DNA of 64,000 bases. Source: an uncultured bacterium. Its GTDB lineage: Bacteria > Krumholzibacteriota > Krumholzibacteriia > JAJRXK01. Below are positions 60,501 through 64,000 of this stretch, piece after piece (within the stretch, counting starts at the first letter, position 1; each line of letters opens with the position of its first letter). Below the pieces are notes generated by a model. It searched no databases. It was given only the letters and a program-made list of their open reading frames with translations, and was not told the DNA's origin. The position numbers and the translations under genes were made by a program. The stretch covers positions 205,290 to 269,289 of the forward strand of contig CAZRMV010000001.1 in NCBI GenBank assembly GCA_964601275.1, read 5' to 3'.

Positions 60501-63258
60501 CTTCCGCATTCCCTTGACGGTGCTCGGTGGGGGTTTCACCGCGGGTCGCGATACCCTCCGGGCGCAGGTGTACGTGATGCAGGAAGACGGGGGCGAGAAG
60601 AGGCCGGCCCTCGATTCGGTGCCCCACGACGCCACCGTGGACATGGTGCCCCCTCCCGGGGCGGGAGAATGGTGGGAAAATCTTCCGCCGCGCGTCGACC
60701 TGAAGAACTGGGCCGTCTTCGTGCCCGAGGTCTTGCCCGGGCTGTTGAGCCTGGAAGATGTCGCGTTCGATCCTCCCGAGGTCACCCAGGGGGAGACCAC
60801 TCTCTTGACCGCGCGTCCGGTGATCGATGTCCAGGCGGTCCCCGATCCCATCTTCCAGGTCTTTGCCGATTTCTCCCGCTTCGGAGGCGACGCGCTCACT
60901 CCCATGGACGACGAGGGCCGAAACGGCGATCTCGTGGCGGGAGACGGCATCTACAGCGTCGAATTGACCATCGATCCTTCCGAACTCGAAGGGGACGCCG
61001 CCATTCTCGTCCAGGCCACCGAACTCAATTCGGGGGAAAGGGCCTCGGCCACCGCCGACCTGGCGATCACCGGGCAGCCCCAACTGCAACCCATCTTGAG
61101 CTTCGACGACCCCGCGGGGGACGATCACGGCCCCAATCATCCAGGGGAGAAATTCCTCTACTACACCTATCCCACCAACGGCGTCTTCTTCCCCGGTGTG
61201 TTCGACCTGTTGGGCATGCAGGTCTTCGATGCGGGCGAGAAGCTGGTGTTCCGGGTCGATGTGGGCGAAGTCACCGACCCCGCCCAACCCGACGCGGCCA
61301 ACTGGAATGCGCCGTTCCCGACCGACCAGTTGTGTCCCGAGGGTTCCCGCATCGACCTGAACCTGCAGAACGTGGTGGTTCTCATCGACAACATTCCCGG
61401 GAAGGGTTCGATCAAGCTGCCCGACAACCGTTGGGCCGATGTCGCCCGGCAGGACGCCTGGGATTACGCGGTGATCGCCGACGGCTGGTGGAAGGGGATG
61501 GTGCGCAGCAACGGATCGTCGTCTTCGGGAAGTTGGGACATCTTCCGCAACGACGAGGACTATTTCTTCTGTGTCAACGCCATCGACAACACCATCGACA
61601 TGTTCGTGGACAAGAAGGTCCTCGAAGTGGGAGGGCTGAGCGGAGCGGAACTGCAAGAGGTGATCGACCAATGGGACTTCATCGTCCTGATGAGCGGGCA
61701 CGATGGCGATTCCAACGACAACAACTGGGGAGGGATCCGTTGGGTCAACGAGGGCCGGCCGCAGTGGCAGTTCGGCGGGGGCAAGAACGGAGAGTCGGGC
61801 CGGGAGCGTGACGCCAACATCATCGACATCATGACCCACGCGGGGCTCGACCCCACCGGGAAGCCGAAGCCGCCCGGCCGGCCCCAGGAGGAGCAACTCG
61901 ACTTCACCACCCCGGAAGCCGAGCGCCGCTTCTCCGACCCCAAGATCCTGGTATCGGTCGAGTTGGAGGCCGAGGAGCTCATCGACAACGTCCCCCCCCA
62001 GATCACCTTCCTGAACGATCCCGATCGCGCCCTGCGGCAGTGGGCCATCCTCAAGGGAGCGCCGGTCTCTCCCATCGTGCGGATCGAGGACGACAACGAC
62101 GTGGTCTCGGCGAAGATGCGCTGGCGCGGAGTAGGAGAACCCCGGAGCGCGGCCCGCGAAGCGCCGCTCGGCCTCTTGCGCAGCGATCTGGACAGCGATG
62201 GGGTCACCTTCATCGGCGACGTGCCTTTCGAGCAGTTCAGCGACCCTTCGGTGACGAACCTGGTATCCCGGTTGAAGCCGGATGGCACCATCGAGAAGGT
62301 GCGGTACATGATCCTCTCGTTCGAGGCGGTCGACCGGGTTGGGAACGCCACCCCCCAAAGCAGCACCGAATACCTGCTCGAGGTTCCCGAACAGCCGGTC
62401 GAGGAAGTGATCCAGTCGGTGCTTCCCGATTCCCTGGAGGAAGGCGGCACCGATCCGGTGCAATTCGACCTGCCCGAGGGAAGCCGCCTTCGCCTGCCGC
62501 GTGGGTTCGTCGATGATCTCTTCGCGCGCGATGACAGCTCACGGGTGGAATTGCGGTACCGCGCGTTCGCCCTGGAGGATCTCGACCTGGCTCCGCACGG
62601 CGGAAGCAACCCGAGCGTCCTGCTTCCGGAGAACCGCTATCTGCAGGCGGCCCGGTCGTTCCAGCTCTTCTGGGTCCATGGAGACAGCACGGTCGAGGAG
62701 ATCCAACAGCTTCCCGAATCGGCCGAGTTCTCCATCCACTTCCCCCATTTCCTGATCGAAGGGGAAAGCCCGCCCAATCTCCAGTACTTCCACTACAGCG
62801 AAGCGTCGAAACGCTGGGTCCTGGTGGGAGGCCATAGCGAGGTCGAGGGCAGCACCTTGACCGCCGAGGTGGTGGAGACCGGTCTGTATGGGGTCTTCAC
62901 CAAGGGATCGAAGCTCAAGGACGAGACCCTGGTCACCGGTCTGCAGTTGTCGCCGAATCCGTTCTCGCCCAACGGGGATGGAGTGCACGATTTCCTGAAC
63001 ATCAGCTATGTGATTCCCGACCAGATCAACCAGGTCGTGGTCGAGATCTACGACCTGCGGGGTGAGAAGGTTCGCACCCTCCAGCTCTTCGAGGGAATCG
63101 GAGATGTGACGAACCGTACCACCGGCCTGGTGTGGGACGGACGCGATGAGCGGGGCAACTATGTTCCCATGGGTATCTACGTCTGCCGGGTCGAGGTGGA
63201 GGGGAAGTTCCTAAAGCGCTGGGAACGGGCGACCGCGGCGGTGGTGGTGGTACGATGA
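57523..63258 (+). CDS. Giant secreted multidomain protein (1911 aa) with a C-terminal T9SS/FlgD-Ig-like sorting domain; function unknown, possibly a cell-surface carbohydrate-binding or adhesin scaffold
   Basis: ATG 57523 (GAAGGGG SD). Signal peptide MRVVPSRRTLDVLLSPPPPSGALRIALVGTLGWLLALGMAPTPAAMA. A related D-P-A-G-D...GP... module appears twice, near residue 100 and near residue 1230. C-terminus ...NPFSPNGDGVHDFLNISY...GLVWDGRDERGNYVPMGIYVCRVEVEGKFLKRWERATAAVVVVR. Confidence 0.8.
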   Translation: MRVVPSRRTLDVLLSPPPPSGALRIALVGTLGWLLALGMAPTPAAMATTWNTPIVDGPIHDLPDSNDWQPDELFFEDPAGDSNWGPFNDLQGLWVTWDENGLYVGVSGQLWDTAGPGTGGNSVNVYLDVDFGRGTGISNMDAIDPNALGAVTRNLWRPLQVGGGFGADFGFTSWAGTYDRGILDLFDPLLPVNLITDESRQVGVNQPCLDPTGPCQGFDKQGNFSFEFFIPWHDLYARLYPNLTTTVPPGAAIALVVNIVGGGDSMSEESIPSQSTFRVIDRPVTLVVDADADGVPDRDWPPSGSISGTVNLSDPADTTTVVDVVAWLPDGTEAARDQTPPGGGAYQLTRLGAGDYTVGIESIFYVANPQTVQVGENQDVTGIDFDALRVRSGIDLRLRYLDGPESSSRSLDLAFRLSGRTDLGSDFSVDFIIGPQDSLVVGLRPVPAGDYHLSVVPQWPTSQPVPDPQRSGYTRIERDLRVPDNDGIVDLGTLDLKVVRPTQVAFFAPDETGDGERITADFTTVSLPSENFYAYLVVEAGFVDDEGNEAIYGLPGLQITTTTMDPAFATQGVVELWSAADTTRSAQPLADPSVWLPPSGEPPVGRARFLLTDDAQEVVRLFAAGSGMDGVLEVGVQPIEPAEIALSAQGDAMVAGAQIPLQGRLLDVAGNPVFLNEFLVFFDITPNVPGVGPSLAVTASDGSFGTDGDVAFTTTVSGDYTVQAKGTTDSGKDIVSPQLAFHVAPDLPYQLELVAELKKVDGSPVGLSYRVRQTDRFENSSPATGVTVQIQAGPPEIVASAPASVVLDDADATGTFDVQLVPGRTGVVECTVTVPGLARQSTTLRTPVLFGLVATDEVAPESDTNHNANPDIDLTALYAFSQNDTLVVKLPFRSNFNGAHMALLLESTGTPEGAVGDYFGFPIFYLHDLLPDFVFTYKYAADDYADLRRPPPGGDPSQWQWYDMQAAAWVSEFNDNVNAKAQGWVSKDESAVTFRIPLTVLGGGFTAGRDTLRAQVYVMQEDGGEKRPALDSVPHDATVDMVPPPGAGEWWENLPPRVDLKNWAVFVPEVLPGLLSLEDVAFDPPEVTQGETTLLTARPVIDVQAVPDPIFQVFADFSRFGGDALTPMDDEGRNGDLVAGDGIYSVELTIDPSELEGDAAILVQATELNSGERASATADLAITGQPQLQPILSFDDPAGDDHGPNHPGEKFLYYTYPTNGVFFPGVFDLLGMQVFDAGEKLVFRVDVGEVTDPAQPDAANWNAPFPTDQLCPEGSRIDLNLQNVVVLIDNIPGKGSIKLPDNRWADVARQDAWDYAVIADGWWKGMVRSNGSSSSGSWDIFRNDEDYFFCVNAIDNTIDMFVDKKVLEVGGLSGAELQEVIDQWDFIVLMSGHDGDSNDNNWGGIRWVNEGRPQWQFGGGKNGESGRERDANIIDIMTHAGLDPTGKPKPPGRPQEEQLDFTTPEAERRFSDPKILVSVELEAEELIDNVPPQITFLNDPDRALRQWAILKGAPVSPIVRIEDDNDVVSAKMRWRGVGEPRSAAREAPLGLLRSDLDSDGVTFIGDVPFEQFSDPSVTNLVSRLKPDGTIEKVRYMILSFEAVDRVGNATPQSSTEYLLEVPEQPVEEVIQSVLPDSLEEGGTDPVQFDLPEGSRLRLPRGFVDDLFARDDSSRVELRYRAFALEDLDLAPHGGSNPSVLLPENRYLQAARSFQLFWVHGDSTVEEIQQLPESAEFSIHFPHFLIEGESPPNLQYFHYSEASKRWVLVGGHSEVEGSTLTAEVVETGLYGVFTKGSKLKDETLVTGLQLSPNPFSPNGDGVHDFLNISYVIPDQINQVVVEIYDLRGEKVRTLQLFEGIGDVTNRTTGLVWDGRDERGNYVPMGIYVCRVEVEGKFLKRWERATAAVVVVR

Positions 63259-64000
63259 GGAAACGAGCTTCGATCCTCTGCGTTCTCACCGCACTCTCGC
63301 TGTTGCCGGCGACAAGCGCATGGGCCGAATTCATCGACCAGGAGGTGGGCGCGCGCGGCCAGTCGATGGGCGGCGCCTACGTGGCCATGAGCGGTGATCC
63401 TTCGAGCCTGTTCTGGAATCCGGCCGCCATCGTCAATCGCGAGCATTCGGTGCTGGTGGAAGGGATGCGTACTTCCCTGTACGACGGGGTGGAAGGCTTG
63501 AGCGAGGACTTCATCGGGGCTTCCATGCAGTTCGCCGGACGGTTCGCGGTGGGCCTGGGATGGACCCGCACCGGATTGGAACAGCTGTACCACGAGGACG
63601 TTCTCAGCGGTGGAGTGGCCATGTCCACGGGGGAAGGTCGATTCTCGATCGGCGCCTCAGCGCTCTTCTTCGGGGCCTCCGCTCCCGGTTACGTCGACCT
63701 CAACGACCCCAACTACGCCGGCGATCAGTGGGCGGGGTCCTTCAGCCTGGGGCTGCTCTACCGGCCGAGCGGGAAGCTGAGCTTCGGCGCCAGCTTCGAG
63801 AACCTGCTGCGGCCGACCATCCAACTGGTGTCCACCAGCACCGACGTGAAGGAGATCGGCGGACGCCGCCGCTTCGGGATGGCCTACCGGCTGGAAGACG
63901 TGATCTGGCTCACCGTGGAAGTCCGCCATCATGATATTCCCGAGTATGTCGACGGAAACTGGACCGCCCACTTCGGCGGAGAAGCGTGGTTCCAGAAGGT
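63255..64000 (+). CDS. PorV/FadL-like outer-membrane beta-barrel protein, 3' partial (runs off the window); translationally coupled to the giant protein gene
   Basis: Not in the ORF track because it is incomplete. ATG 63255 overlaps TGA 63256-58 (ATGA). Signal peptide MRKRASILCVLTALSLLPATSAWA. N-terminal motif GARGQSMGGAYVAMSGDPSSLFWNPAAI resembles the PorV/FadL N-terminus (GMGD.GVA..D....WNPA). Confidence 0.6.
   Translation, partial: MRKRASILCVLTALSLLPATSAWAEFIDQEVGARGQSMGGAYVAMSGDPSSLFWNPAAIVNREHSVLVEGMRTSLYDGVEGLSEDFIGASMQFAGRFAVGLGWTRTGLEQLYHEDVLSGGVAMSTGEGRFSIGASALFFGASAPGYVDLNDPNYAGDQWAGSFSLGLLYRPSGKLSFGASFENLLRPTIQLVSTSTDVKEIGGRRRFGMAYRLEDVIWLTVEVRHHDIPEYVDGNWTAHFGGEAWFQK

Noticed and set aside
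63255-64000. Calling the last gene a generic FadL long-chain fatty-acid transporter
   Set aside because: The FadL and PorV N-terminal signatures are similar. The ATGA coupling to a giant CTD cargo gene favours a PorV/PorP-like role. This is left open in the feature call rather than asserted.

Overview
High-GC (about 70% by eye) bacterial chromosomal window, gene-dense on both strands. There are no rRNA or tRNA genes, no CRISPR array, and no transposase or integrase. The six-frame track is dominated by spurious antisense and N-terminally over-extended ORFs, which is typical of GC-rich DNA. It also translates GTG/TTG starts as M, so I re-picked starts at signal peptides, SD-like motifs and conserved N-termini. 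Housekeeping genes recognised with confidence are htpG, ahcY, apaH, hutH, rubrerythrin, an aldehyde dehydrogenase, a FAH-family hydrolase, an MDR quinone oxidoreductase, an MscS channel and a MalK-like ABC ATPase. The most distinctive content is a large set of secreted proteins that all end in the same ~80-aa C-terminal domain (NPFNP...IYD..GR.V..L......G.H.V.WDGRD..G..VASGVY...L.AG......K...VR). By established knowledge this is the T9SS type-A sorting / FlgD-Ig-like domain. These cargo proteins include an extracellular alpha-glucan (starch/glycogen) degradation locus at 39.9-63.3 kb: a secreted GlgB-like GH13 enzyme, an alpha-amylase-family enzyme, a lone MalK-type ATPase, a glycogen-debranching-type enzyme, and a GH13 enzyme carrying three tandem CBM48 modules. 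The locus ends with a 1911-aa giant cargo protein translationally coupled (ATGA overlap) to a PorV/FadL-like outer-membrane beta-barrel gene. That giant-cargo/PorV-like pair, appended to the secreted glucan enzymes, is my best candidate for an undescribed system. Other oddities are a low-GC two-gene insert (hypothetical secreted protein plus RDD protein), a BNR/sortilin + DUF1684 fusion, a histidine ammonia-lyase translationally coupled to an aminotransferase without other hut genes, a WYL-domain regulator with an upstream palindrome, and two divergently arranged giant hypothetical secreted proteins. All family assignments are from motif recognition by eye; no searches were run.
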